From an uncultured virus (IMG/VR IMGVR_UViG_3300046171_000179) (lineage: Duplodnaviria; Heunggongvirae; Uroviricota; Caudoviricetes; Crassvirales), in the IMG/VR virus record IMGVR_UViG_3300046171_000179: 64,000 nucleotides of DNA; one strand, 5' to 3'. The position numbers and the translations under genes were made by a program. Positions 40,246 to 50,952 of the stretch are shown one piece after another (position 1 is the stretch's first letter; each line of letters starts with the position of its first letter). The notes under the pieces were generated by a model. That model was given only the letters and a program-made list of their open reading frames with translations, was not told where the DNA came from and did no database searches.

Positions 40246-41459
40246 TGGGAAGTATAGTAAAAGGAGTTGGATCATTATTTGGTGGTCGAGCTAGAAGAAG
40301 AGAAGAAGCAAGCGCACGAACAGAATTTGAAGGCGCTAAACAAGGATTAAAAGATTTTGAATTTGGAGATTTTTATGGAGATCTTCAAGCAAAAGAATTA
40401 GGTGCGGCGCAGCAAGGACAGTTGTCTCAAGCGCAAGGTGGCACTTTAGGCCCAGCGGGTCAAGCAGCTCTTGTTCAAAGAGGACCAGCTGTTCAGGCTC
40501 AGTTAGCTAATTTAGCAGATGCTCAAGGATACCAAGGTCAAGGTTACACAGCTGGATCTACTAGTGTTGGTCAGCTAGCAAGAGGCGCTGATACTGGTCT
40601 TACAAACACAATGAACAACTTACAAGTGTCTACGGCTGGAGCAGAACTAGCAGCACAAGAAGCAGATCAATCATTAGCAGCTTCTCAAGATTTAGCGGCT
40701 CAAGCAGGTACTGGGGCTGGTGGAGCTACTGCGTTAGCCGCTGCCGCTGCAAAGTCTAAAGCAGGTATTTCTGCGGATATAGATAGACAAGTTAAATCTA
40801 ACGAACAAATGAGAGCTGCCGCTGAAAGTCAATTACAACAAAGTCAATTAGCTCAAGGTAATTTAGCATCACAATTTGATTTAGGTCAACAACAATTTAA
40901 CGTTGGCGCTGCAAACGATGCTTCAAGATTTGGTGCTCAAGCTCAAAATGATGCAGCAAGATTTAGCGCACAAGCGCAAAATCAATTTGCTTTATCTGAA
41001 TTTCAAGCTGGAAATCAAATGAATCAATTTAATGCAGCTGCACAAAATCAAGTTGCTAGAGATAATTTTAATGCCGCTAATGCAACTAATCAGTTTAATG
41101 TTGGTGCACAAAACAGATTTTTAGAAAGTCAATTTGGTGCTGATAACGCTTTTTCTATGGCTAATATGGAGGCTGCAAACAAAATGTCACAGTTTAATGC
41201 AGCTGAAGCTAATCAACAAGAAAGAGCTAATCAATCACAGTTAAATTCATTTATGATAAATCAAGCTGCAGGTCAGGCTGATAGAGCTGAAAGCCAATAT
41301 GCTCAACAAATGGATCAATTTAACATTGGATCACAAAGATATGGTCAAGCTCAACAAGCTAGAGCGCAAGCTACTGGTGATTTGTTAGGTGGTATTGGAG
41401 GAGTTTTAAGTGCTGCTGCTGGGCCAGCTGGAGTACTTAAAGGAATTATGGGAGGATAA
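40245..41459 (+). CDS. Internal/ejection protein
   Basis: A/Q/G-rich, QFNA..AN repeats, Gly-rich hydrophobic termini. Confidence 0.7.
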   Translation: MGSIVKGVGSLFGGRARRREEASARTEFEGAKQGLKDFEFGDFYGDLQAKELGAAQQGQLSQAQGGTLGPAGQAALVQRGPAVQAQLANLADAQGYQGQGYTAGSTSVGQLARGADTGLTNTMNNLQVSTAGAELAAQEADQSLAASQDLAAQAGTGAGGATALAAAAAKSKAGISADIDRQVKSNEQMRAAAESQLQQSQLAQGNLASQFDLGQQQFNVGAANDASRFGAQAQNDAARFSAQAQNQFALSEFQAGNQMNQFNAAAQNQVARDNFNAANATNQFNVGAQNRFLESQFGADNAFSMANMEAANKMSQFNAAEANQQERANQSQLNSFMINQAAGQADRAESQYAQQMDQFNIGSQRYGQAQQARAQATGDLLGGIGGVLSAAAGPAGVLKGIMGG

Positions 41460-41475
41460 TTAATAAATTAATATT

Positions 41476-42903
41476 ATGGCAATAAATTCACAATTAGATT
41501 TAAGAGCGGTTCAAAATGCTTATGGTAATCACATGCAAAATGCTTTATCAAAAGCTGGAGATGATATTGATTTAGACATTGAAAAAACTAGAAAACTTCA
41601 AGAAGTAGCTGAAACAAAAGCAAGAAGAGAATTACAGACAGGTATATTAAAATCTCAACAATTAAAGGGATTAGTAGTTCCTTCAGAAACAGAATTTGAA
41701 AGTCTTAATTTATATGCTCAAGATATGAGCAGACAGCTTGTAGATCAATACAGTACTTTAGTATCTTCATTAGAAAAAAACGAAATAGATTCAAATCAGT
41801 TTGCTCAACAAGCTTCTATTATACAAATGCAAGTTCCTCAAATTAAAAATTTTGTAAGTGGACTTGAAGAAAGAGCATCTGCATGGAGTGCTGGATTGAA
41901 AGACAATACACTAAGTTTAGCTAATCCACCAGAGAATGAATCTTTTTTTGCAGCTATAGCTCAAAATAGAGGTGAGTTTGGTATGGATGAAAATGGCGTT
42001 TTAGTTTATCAAGGTAAAACAGAAGCTGGAGAAGATTTTAGTTTTCCAGCAAATAAACTTCAAGACATACCTGTTCCTATAAAAAAAGTAGAAAGTTTTG
42101 TTGAAATGAGTGATCCACTTGTTGATGCTTTGTTAAAACCAAAAGCTTATTTTAATGAAATAACAGGAAAAGAAGAGTTGAGAACAGTTGACAAACAGTC
42201 TAAAGATTATGAGCGTGCTGTTAGGCAAGCTTTTGATGCATTCTTAGGAGCTGATGATGATACTGCCAACTCTAAGCTTAGATCATTAGCTGCAGATCAC
42301 GTAGGGATGACTAGAGATCAAATTCAAGATGCTATCAATGATACAAATTATGAAGGTCCTACTGGTGAAACATTTGCAAATAGATTAGAGTATGAAATGG
42401 AAAAGCATTTTGTACAAACTGTAGATGAAAATTATGAGGCTACTAAATATAAAAACTGGAAGCAAGCTCAAGAAGATTTACAGATGCAAAAAATGTATCA
42501 ACAAAGTCAATTAGCAAGAGAAGCAGCGTGGCAGGGTAAGACACAAGTAGAAAGAGCACAATATCAAACAGCTAAATATATGAAAGATTTATCTTCTCCA
42601 ACAGAAGATTTAAACTCTTGGGTATCTGGAGCTGGAGCTAGTGTTTTAAGAACTTTTGAAAAAGACTTAAAAAAGGATGACGTATTAATACCTGCTGGTT
42701 CTATAGCTATAAAAGATAGAGGTGGTAAAAGTATATTAATTACACCTGAAATACTTGAAGATCCTAATAAGTTAGCTAGCTTTTTGTCATCAAGGTTATA
42801 TAATCTGCCACCTTATATGCAATCATTTAATTATAAATCAACAACACCTAAAGATATAAGTCCAATAAAAAAAATTACTAATTTTTTAACTGGTAAAAAA
42901 TAA
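41476..42903 (+). CDS. Internal/ejection protein
   Basis: Helical 475-aa ORF between ejection-like genes. Confidence 0.6.
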   Translation: MAINSQLDLRAVQNAYGNHMQNALSKAGDDIDLDIEKTRKLQEVAETKARRELQTGILKSQQLKGLVVPSETEFESLNLYAQDMSRQLVDQYSTLVSSLEKNEIDSNQFAQQASIIQMQVPQIKNFVSGLEERASAWSAGLKDNTLSLANPPENESFFAAIAQNRGEFGMDENGVLVYQGKTEAGEDFSFPANKLQDIPVPIKKVESFVEMSDPLVDALLKPKAYFNEITGKEELRTVDKQSKDYERAVRQAFDAFLGADDDTANSKLRSLAADHVGMTRDQIQDAINDTNYEGPTGETFANRLEYEMEKHFVQTVDENYEATKYKNWKQAQEDLQMQKMYQQSQLAREAAWQGKTQVERAQYQTAKYMKDLSSPTEDLNSWVSGAGASVLRTFEKDLKKDDVLIPAGSIAIKDRGGKSILITPEILEDPNKLASFLSSRLYNLPPYMQSFNYKSTTPKDISPIKKITNFLTGKK

Positions 42904-42909
42904 TCCTTT

Positions 42910-45900
42910 ATGGAAGAAGAATTCGAATTTATTACTCTTGATAATTATCAATCATTTACTCCCGAAGAGGAAGAACAAGAATTAGATGAGTTTGGTAATC
43001 CAATTATAATAAATCAATTATCAGATGAGCAAATAGCTAAAAATGAAAAATTAGCCTTTCAAAATGCTTTAAAATCTGTTAGTCCTCAAGGTTTTTGGGC
43101 TTTAGATAAAATATCTAATTTTGCAAATGTAATACCATCTACTGTAAAAGGAATTTTAAATGCTGGAGATGCTTTAGCTCAAGGTGCTTATGAAATAATT
43201 ACTGGAGATAAAATAGATTCAATAGAAAAACAAGAAGCTTTTGATTTAGCTTTAGGTAATGTAAAATCAGTTACATCTCCACAAAACGTAGCGCTTGAAA
43301 ATTTAGCAGATGAATCTATTGAGACACTTTCATTTGGTATAGAAGATAGAAAAGGAGAAGATTTTATTAGTTTAGCTGAAAAAGGAGATTATTTAGAATC
43401 AGCCGATGCATTAATGTCTGATTTGGCACAAGGTATACCTTCATTATATTTATCTATGGTAGGTGGCGGATTAGGTGCAGCTGCATTAGGTACATCTTCT
43501 TTTGGAAGTAAATTTGATGAAGTTAAAAGAGAAGAAGTTAAAGACGAAGCTTTGTTTCAAGAAGATGCTTTAGGCATGAGTTCATCTTATTTAAATAAAA
43601 TAACTACTTCTGGTATAACAGGTATAGGGGATTTTGTAGGTGAGTTAGTTACAGGAAGATTAGGAAAAATAGCTGGAAGATTAGCTCAAACTTTTGGACC
43701 TAAAGTTTCAAGTAAAATACTAGGAAAGGTAATAGGCACAACGGGCGCTAGTATAACAGAAGCGGCTTCTGAAGCTGTTCCTGAGTTTGTAGAGTCTTAC
43801 TTAGGTGATTATGCTATAGGAGGTGATGAAAAAGCTTTAGAAGGTTTAAGCCGTAGAATGTGGAGGAGTGGTATAATTGGAGGTATTTTAGGAGCAGGAG
43901 GAGTTAGCTTAAGTAATTTAAATTCAGAAGCTAAACAAGCTATAAATGTAGCTGTTCAGCCTAAGGTTATTACTAAACAACAGTTAGAAGTTTTTAGAAA
44001 AATAAAAGAATTAGAAGCTACGTTAGAAACAACTGAAGATCCAATAGCAAGAGAAGCTATAGAATTAGAAATAAATGAACTTACACAATCTAGACAAAAT
44101 TCAATAAATGAAGTAAGCAATAGAGTTCAAGAGTTATCTACAGATCAATTACAAGAGTTGAATAGCATTAATGGAGATATTGATTTATTTAATAGTGTTG
44201 TTAATGATACTAATTCTAGCGAAATAGCTAAAGAAGCGGCTCAAAATCAAATAAATAATTTAGAAAAAAAAGCTATAGATATTTTTCAACAACCAGAATT
44301 AAAAAATATTGAGTTGTCAGAAAAAGCACAAGAACTTTATAATGAAAGAGGTGTTGAAGCTAGAGACGAAATAATAGAAACTCAGGAAGGTTTGATAAGA
44401 CAAGTGGCAATAAATAAATTAAACTCTTTGCCACAAAACAAAAGAGCTGAAGACAATTATGAGAATTTAGTTAGTCAACTTAAATATGGTCCAGGAAGCG
44501 TAGAAGCTCTTATTAACTCATATAACCCTGAAACAGGAGTACCTATAACTGCATATATAGCAGAACAATTGCCTAAAAGAGCAGATAGAATAGCTAAACA
44601 AGTTATATCTCAAGACAATGTAACAGATTTTAATTCTACAGAAGTTTCTAATATTTTAACTGAAGATAATTTTGATTTTGAAGTACAAATTGGGTCAAAA
44701 CTTTTAGCAGATAAATTGAACATGCCTGTTGGTTTAATAAACAAAGCTTTAAAAGCTGTTGAGCCTGGTTTAGTATCTATAGAATCTATGTTAGATTCTA
44801 ACAACAAAGAGCTTAGTCCTAAAAAGAAAGCCTCTGAAATAGACAAAGAGTTTAAAAGAATATTTAACAACAGGCTAGTAAATGATATTAAAAATGAATT
44901 TGGAAAAAACACAAAAACAAAAGAAGATTTTTCAAATTATTTAAATAAAAATTATATAGGATTGGCTCAAGCTTTTTTAACTCAAAAATCAGGATTGAAA
45001 GGTAGGGGTATATCGAAGCAATGGGCGATGAATCCTCCTACAAAACAAGAATTTATAGATTATTTTGAAGGAAAGGATGTTAAAAAAAATACTAGAAGCG
45101 ATAGAAAAGCTGCACTAGCGGAAGCTGTGTCAAATCAAATAGCTATTGATGCTAGAAATGAATTTTTAGATGCAAATCCAGACCTAAGAAAAGCTTTTAA
45201 TGAAAGAAATAAAATACAACTAAAAGTAAATAGAAGCAATAAAGCTCAAGAAGAAGCGTCTAAAGTAATAAACGAAACTTTAATAGCGGATAAAAATGAA
45301 GTTGAGTCAATGAAAACTTTAGGAGGTGGATTTAAAAGTTTTTTAAATGATTTAAAACAATATAAAACAGTTAAAGATGCTTCACAAAAAGAACTAATTG
45401 AAAATCCTCAATGGGTTAAAGCTGGTGTTTCTAGAGGTGATAACATTTACTTTGAAGAAAACGTTGATGTTATGAAAAACGATTTGTCTTCTGTAGTAAG
45501 TTCAATTCCAAAAGAATTAGTTGATTTGTTTGGTTTAGATAGTTTTGCTTTTTTAGGTCAAGCGAATAGAGCTTTAGATCCAGCTTCTACCACTTTAGCT
45601 AGTAGACTTGAAGGAGGTAAAGGATCTCCTAAGTGGCTAATAAAAAAAGATGGAAAAGCTGAAAGAATATTACCTGGTACTCCAGGGGTAGGTTTTGAAT
45701 ATTTTAAAAATGCAAAAGAATCAGCTAAAGATATTGAAGAATTATATAAAAACAAAGATATAGATTTAAAACTTTATAGACAATTTAAAAATATAAATTT
45801 AAATAATGTAGAGTTTCAAAATCTAACTAATCCAGGTAAAAATAACTTTTTAAATGTATTACAAAGAATAGCTTCAGATAAAAAATATAATACTGTAAAA

Positions 45901-48900
45901 CAAAGAATACAAGCTTTAAATGATGCTGGTTGGAATAAAAAATCAATTGATGCATTAAATAAAGCAAATAACGATTTGATGAAGTTTCAAATAGATCTTC
46001 TTAAAAATCAATATGAAAAAGGAAAAATAAGTAAAGATGCTTTGTTTACAATGCTACAGTGGCAAACTAATATTAAAAATGGTTTTAGAGGTTTAACTTC
46101 TGTAAACAGTTTTTATTTACAAAATGGTCCAGTTAAATTAACAAAAGGTGAGCACTCTAAGCCTAATGCTTTAACAATGGTTCAAATATATAACTATGTT
46201 ACTGGCACTAAAAAGTCAAGAACTTTAGATGATATAATTTCTCAACATACTCAAGACTTTGGAACTAAAGAAAATTTTAATTTAATAGACAATGTTTTTG
46301 GAAGTACTACAGCAATGGAAGGAAATCAAAGATTGTTACAAGGCTTAAGCCCAACTGAATCTGCTAGTTTTTATGATATATCAGGACAAAGTATTTTAAG
46401 TAAAAATTTAGAAAAATCATTTAAAGAAAACGGAGTACCAATTGATGTGGGTTTTGCTCAATTGCAACAAGAATATAAAATTAATGGACCTATAAGTGTT
46501 CAAGTTGAAAATAAATTAAATGAAGTTAATATTAACAAGTTTAATGAAGTTTCTAAACAAGCAAAAGAAGCTAAAGCAAATTTATCTAATACAGAACTAG
46601 CTGAGGGAGTTTTGGGTGTTTTAAAAAATTCTTGGGGAGGTAATATAAATATAATTACAGATAAAAAAGCAGCAATTGATTTTTTAATAAAAAATAACAA
46701 CATGACATCTGTTCAAGCTAGATCTTATGTTGGTAAAGCCTCTGGATTTAGAGCTGGTAGCACCATATTTGTTGGTTCTAGCTCAGATATGCTTAACACT
46801 GCTATACATGAATCTGGACATATTTGGAATCCAATAATAAAAGAACAAGCTCCTGAACTTTGGAATGATATGGTTCAAAAAGTTAAAGATTCTAATCTGT
46901 GGGAAGCTACTGTTGCTGCTATAAGAAACGAACCAGAAGCATATCCTCCTGATCAATACACAGATGATTCTTTTGATTTAGAAGATGAAGTTTTATCTAT
47001 ATTAATAGGAAATAGAGGCGAAACTTTAGTTGAAGAAAAAAATTTAGATAAATCAGCTTTTAGAAAATTTATTGATAGTTTTTGGAAAAATTTAAGAAAC
47101 ATATTAGGATTTGATCCTACCACTAAAAACTTTCAAGATCTTACAATGAACGAGGTTCTTGATCTAGCTGTTTCTGAAATAATGACAGGAAATCCGCTTT
47201 CTAATTTTAGTAAATTAAAAGATGTTAACATACCTAAAAAAACATTAAGAACTTTACAAGAAAGTAAAAATCCGTCTATGCGAGCGGTTAGAGATCCTGA
47301 ATATAAAGCTTTAAAACAACTACAAAAAGATTATAAAGAAAATGGTAGAGATTTAGCTTTAGCTATAGAAACTTCTTATAGTAATGTAAAAGATATTTTA
47401 AGTTTTGATGATTGGTCTGATTTAGTGAGTTCAACGGTTAAAGAAATTAAAATTGGAAAAACAGCAGAAAGTACTGTAGTTGCCGTTGCAAAAAAAGACG
47501 TTGTTAATAATGAAAAAAATAGAAAAAATTTAATTAATACAATAAAAAAATTAAATGCTTTTATTGAAGGAGATCAATATTTACCGACTGAAATATTAAA
47601 CAAAAAAATAAATGATATACAAGATGCAGCTTTAAAAAATCAAAAAGAAATTGCTGAAAAACAAGCAGAAGGTTTAAATAAAAATTTTAGAAAAATAATA
47701 AATTCTGTTACAGGTAAACTAGGTAAACCATCAAGATGGTTTATACCACCAAATGCAGAAGATATTAAAGGATTGCTTTATACTTTTTTACCAGGAGGTA
47801 AAGAAGGTGTTGAGGCTAAAAAGTTTTTTAATTCTACAATATTAGATCCATATTCACGAGGAGTAGCTGATTCTGAAGCTGAAATACTTCAAAAAACAAG
47901 ACAGTTCACTAAATTAATGGAAAATTTTAAATCAGATTTAAAAGAAGTTATTGATGGAACTCCATATAGCGCTGGTCAAGCTATAAAAGTTTATAATTGG
48001 ATTAAAAATGGAGTTGATGTTGATATTGAAAAACAAAGTTATAAAGACGCTTTGGTAGAAGCCGTAGAAACAAATCCTGAGTTAAAGGCTCTTGCTGATC
48101 AAATTGAACAAAATTTTCCTATAGAATATAAAGCTACATGGAGAAATGATACTACAATTAATAAATCTATATATGACGCTATAAATTCTGGAACTAGAAC
48201 TAAACATTTAGCTACTTTTGCAGAAAATGTAGATAATATATTTAATAAAGACAACTTGCAAGAAATTGAAAACTTGTATGGTAAAAAGTTTAGACAAGCT
48301 TTACAAAATTCATTACAAAGAATGAAGACTGGTAGAAACCGCGTAAGCACGGATGCACAGTCAAATGCTTTTTTAAATTGGATAAATAGAGCTGTAGCAA
48401 CTACGATGTTTGTTAATACTAGATCGGCCGTATTACAGTTGTTATCATCGTTAAATTTTATAGGTAAACCTAATAATAATATATTTCAAGCAACGGCCGC
48501 TATGTTTAGCGATAATTGGAAAAAAGATTTTAATACTCTTTGGAACAGTGATTATTTAAAAAACAGAAGAGATGGTGCAAAATTTGATGTATTAGCTGAT
48601 GAAATGTCAGAAGGTGATGTTAAAGGTTTAAACAAGATACTTAAGTTTGGATTTTTACCAACAAGAATGGCTGATAGTTTTGCTATAGCTTTAGGTGGGG
48701 CCGCATATTATAGAAACACTATGGACGCGTTGATTTCTAAAGGTATGTCTCAAGCTGATGCTAAAAAAGAAGCTATGAGAATGTGGCAAACAACCGCAGA
48801 AGAATCTCAACAATCTTCTGATCCTTCTAAAATATCTGAAATACAATCAAGTTCTATTGGGAAGGTTATATATGCTTTTGCAAATACTCCATTTCAATAT

Positions 48901-49935
48901 GCTCGTATAAGTAAAAGAAAATTACAAGATGTAGTATCAGGAAGATCAGCTGCTGAAGGAGGTGGTAATCAAATAAGAAAAGATCTACAAAGTGTACTTT
49001 ATTATACAGTAGGTCAAGCCATGGTGTTTAACGCATTACAAACGGCATTATTTGCCGCTGCTTTTGAAGATGATGAAGATGAAAAAGAAAAACTTGTTGA
49101 TGAAAAAACTATTTTATCTGTTGAAAGGGCATTAACTTCTTATGCAAAAAGCTTAGGTAATCCAGGTGCTGTAGTGGGTGCTATATACAACGTTATAGCT
49201 GAAGCTAATGAACAACAAGAAAAATTTGGGTTTATAGATAACCCATATAAAGTTGCTTTAGAAGCTACATCTATATCACCACCTTTAAATACTAAACTAA
49301 GAGACATAGTTGCAATAGGTAATATATATAAATACAATGAAAAAGAAATTAAAAATGATCCTTTTAAACTTTCTCCTGACAACAAGGCTTTGGAAATTAT
49401 TGGTAATGCTGCTTCATTTGGCGGTGTTCCTTTAGATAGAGTTATAAGGAAAGCTCAAAATTTGTCTGCTATAGCTAATGAAGAGGCAGACGCGTGGCAA
49501 AAATTGTTTTTAACATTAGGTTGGAGTAAATGGGAATTAGGTTTACAGAATAATAATAGAAAATCTGGTTTAGATTTAGATTTAGATTTAGACCTAGACC
49601 TAGATTTAGATTTAGACTTAGGGCCTTTAAACAAAATAAAAAAAACTAGTAGTTTACCAAAAAATGTTTTAGGAAGAGCCAATAATGATGGAACTATTGA
49701 AGTAGATCCTTCACTTAAAGGTAAAGAAAAAAAGAAAGTAATAGCGCATGAGAAAAAACACATGCAAGATATGAAGTCTGGTAAATTAAATTATGATGAT
49801 AATTTTGTTTATTATAATGGAAATAAGCATGAGCGTAAAAATGGTAAAATAGACTACAACGGTAAGAAATATATAGAGGGCCATCCTAAACTACCTTGGG
49901 AAGCGGCTGCAAATAAGGTAGAAAAATCTGCATAA
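42910..49935 (+). CDS. Giant polyvalent ejection protein (sigma-region-2-like segment, two HExxH zincin motifs)
   Basis: 2341 aa; HESGH at 46807-46821, HEKKH at 49747-49761. Confidence 0.75.
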   Translation: MEEEFEFITLDNYQSFTPEEEEQELDEFGNPIIINQLSDEQIAKNEKLAFQNALKSVSPQGFWALDKISNFANVIPSTVKGILNAGDALAQGAYEIITGDKIDSIEKQEAFDLALGNVKSVTSPQNVALENLADESIETLSFGIEDRKGEDFISLAEKGDYLESADALMSDLAQGIPSLYLSMVGGGLGAAALGTSSFGSKFDEVKREEVKDEALFQEDALGMSSSYLNKITTSGITGIGDFVGELVTGRLGKIAGRLAQTFGPKVSSKILGKVIGTTGASITEAASEAVPEFVESYLGDYAIGGDEKALEGLSRRMWRSGIIGGILGAGGVSLSNLNSEAKQAINVAVQPKVITKQQLEVFRKIKELEATLETTEDPIAREAIELEINELTQSRQNSINEVSNRVQELSTDQLQELNSINGDIDLFNSVVNDTNSSEIAKEAAQNQINNLEKKAIDIFQQPELKNIELSEKAQELYNERGVEARDEIIETQEGLIRQVAINKLNSLPQNKRAEDNYENLVSQLKYGPGSVEALINSYNPETGVPITAYIAEQLPKRADRIAKQVISQDNVTDFNSTEVSNILTEDNFDFEVQIGSKLLADKLNMPVGLINKALKAVEPGLVSIESMLDSNNKELSPKKKASEIDKEFKRIFNNRLVNDIKNEFGKNTKTKEDFSNYLNKNYIGLAQAFLTQKSGLKGRGISKQWAMNPPTKQEFIDYFEGKDVKKNTRSDRKAALAEAVSNQIAIDARNEFLDANPDLRKAFNERNKIQLKVNRSNKAQEEASKVINETLIADKNEVESMKTLGGGFKSFLNDLKQYKTVKDASQKELIENPQWVKAGVSRGDNIYFEENVDVMKNDLSSVVSSIPKELVDLFGLDSFAFLGQANRALDPASTTLASRLEGGKGSPKWLIKKDGKAERILPGTPGVGFEYFKNAKESAKDIEELYKNKDIDLKLYRQFKNINLNNVEFQNLTNPGKNNFLNVLQRIASDKKYNTVKQRIQALNDAGWNKKSIDALNKANNDLMKFQIDLLKNQYEKGKISKDALFTMLQWQTNIKNGFRGLTSVNSFYLQNGPVKLTKGEHSKPNALTMVQIYNYVTGTKKSRTLDDIISQHTQDFGTKENFNLIDNVFGSTTAMEGNQRLLQGLSPTESASFYDISGQSILSKNLEKSFKENGVPIDVGFAQLQQEYKINGPISVQVENKLNEVNINKFNEVSKQAKEAKANLSNTELAEGVLGVLKNSWGGNINIITDKKAAIDFLIKNNNMTSVQARSYVGKASGFRAGSTIFVGSSSDMLNTAIHESGHIWNPIIKEQAPELWNDMVQKVKDSNLWEATVAAIRNEPEAYPPDQYTDDSFDLEDEVLSILIGNRGETLVEEKNLDKSAFRKFIDSFWKNLRNILGFDPTTKNFQDLTMNEVLDLAVSEIMTGNPLSNFSKLKDVNIPKKTLRTLQESKNPSMRAVRDPEYKALKQLQKDYKENGRDLALAIETSYSNVKDILSFDDWSDLVSSTVKEIKIGKTAESTVVAVAKKDVVNNEKNRKNLINTIKKLNAFIEGDQYLPTEILNKKINDIQDAALKNQKEIAEKQAEGLNKNFRKIINSVTGKLGKPSRWFIPPNAEDIKGLLYTFLPGGKEGVEAKKFFNSTILDPYSRGVADSEAEILQKTRQFTKLMENFKSDLKEVIDGTPYSAGQAIKVYNWIKNGVDVDIEKQSYKDALVEAVETNPELKALADQIEQNFPIEYKATWRNDTTINKSIYDAINSGTRTKHLATFAENVDNIFNKDNLQEIENLYGKKFRQALQNSLQRMKTGRNRVSTDAQSNAFLNWINRAVATTMFVNTRSAVLQLLSSLNFIGKPNNNIFQATAAMFSDNWKKDFNTLWNSDYLKNRRDGAKFDVLADEMSEGDVKGLNKILKFGFLPTRMADSFAIALGGAAYYRNTMDALISKGMSQADAKKEAMRMWQTTAEESQQSSDPSKISEIQSSSIGKVIYAFANTPFQYARISKRKLQDVVSGRSAAEGGGNQIRKDLQSVLYYTVGQAMVFNALQTALFAAAFEDDEDEKEKLVDEKTILSVERALTSYAKSLGNPGAVVGAIYNVIAEANEQQEKFGFIDNPYKVALEATSISPPLNTKLRDIVAIGNIYKYNEKEIKNDPFKLSPDNKALEIIGNAASFGGVPLDRVIRKAQNLSAIANEEADAWQKLFLTLGWSKWELGLQNNNRKSGLDLDLDLDLDLDLDLDLGPLNKIKKTSSLPKNVLGRANNDGTIEVDPSLKGKEKKKVIAHEKKHMQDMKSGKLNYDDNFVYYNGNKHERKNGKIDYNGKKYIEGHPKLPWEAAANKVEKSA
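49570..49620 (+). repeat. Hexamer repeat YTAGAY encoding L(DL)8
   Basis: TTAGATTTAGAT...CTAGAC... Confidence 0.9.
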
Positions 49936-49949
49936 TTAATAATAATAAC

Positions 49950-50897
49950 ATGGCAAAAAAACTTAGTAGAAGAGAAGAAAAATTAGCTGCAATACGTAAG
50001 GCAGATAGGGATCGCGATAGTGAGTTTGATAATCTAACTTTTGAAGAAGGTAGAGGAGCAATAAAAACAAGAGAAAGAGTCGGTCAATATAAAAGAAACA
50101 GACAAGGGGCTAGAGATATGTCTGGCTCTAAAATAAAAAGAGGAGATCAAACTGAAACTTATAAAAAATCAGATGATTCAACAGAAACTTTTGATAGGTT
50201 AGAATCTGGTGCAGATAAAAAAACAAGAAGTAAAAGAAAACAAAGAGCATTAGATAGAGAAACTTTAAGAGATGCTAGAAGAGAAAGAAGAGCGACTAGA
50301 ATAGCGGATAGAAAAGGTATGAGTGTTAGCCAGGCTCAAGACTTTATGAATAATCGTAAAGATAGATTAAATGCCGCTATGGGTGAATTTGGCAAAGGTT
50401 TATTTGGAATAGAGCAAGATCTTAGTAGAATAAAAGATAGAGAATATAGAAAAAGAGGTAAAGGTACTAGGGCGGAAGATTATAAACCTTTTGCTGATTC
50501 AAACACTAGAACTAAAAGTACATATTACGATAATGTTATTGGAAAAGAAGATTTAAAAAAATCTAATGTAACTTTAGAGGGTGGTGAAATAAAAATACCT
50601 AAATTTAAACCAATAAAAAAACCCGGTAAACCAAAAACAGAACAACCAAAACAAACTATTGAATTAACTAAAAGTAATTTAGAAAATACTTTAGACCCCA
50701 CTACTGTTTATTCAGCAAGAACAACTGGTAATACTTTTGATCCTTCTATTTTTACAGAATCTCAACAAAAAGAAAATAAAAAGAGAGATCAAGACATGGA
50801 AGGTGGTGTTGACAAAGAGTATGTAGGTCCATTTAGTAAATTAGATAGAAGTACCATGCAGGAAAATATGTCGAGTATTAAAGGCAGAAGAGGATAA
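49950..50897 (+). CDS. Basic hypothetical protein
   Basis: 315 aa, R/K/D/E-rich. Confidence 0.7.
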   Translation: MAKKLSRREEKLAAIRKADRDRDSEFDNLTFEEGRGAIKTRERVGQYKRNRQGARDMSGSKIKRGDQTETYKKSDDSTETFDRLESGADKKTRSKRKQRALDRETLRDARRERRATRIADRKGMSVSQAQDFMNNRKDRLNAAMGEFGKGLFGIEQDLSRIKDREYRKRGKGTRAEDYKPFADSNTRTKSTYYDNVIGKEDLKKSNVTLEGGEIKIPKFKPIKKPGKPKTEQPKQTIELTKSNLENTLDPTTVYSARTTGNTFDPSIFTESQQKENKKRDQDMEGGVDKEYVGPFSKLDRSTMQENMSSIKGRRG

Positions 50898-50940
50898 ATA
50901 AAAAAAGGGGAGCAAACCATTACGGCAAGCTCCCCTTTAA
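50898..50940. terminator. Terminator between convergent arms
   Basis: AAAGGGGAGC / GCTCCCCTTT stem; long U-run on minus strand. Confidence 0.85.
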
Positions 50941-50952
50941 CTGTTTATAATA

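Noticed and set aside
488..49763. Antisense ORFs (e.g. 488-1171, 3874-4137, 44610-44912, 49455-49763)
   Set aside because: Ser/Leu/Phe-rich mirrors in the antisense frame that is naturally stop-poor
42910..49935. Virion RNA polymerase
   Set aside because: No catalytic D.DGD/DFDID-type motif seen; the DLDLD run is a low-complexity linker
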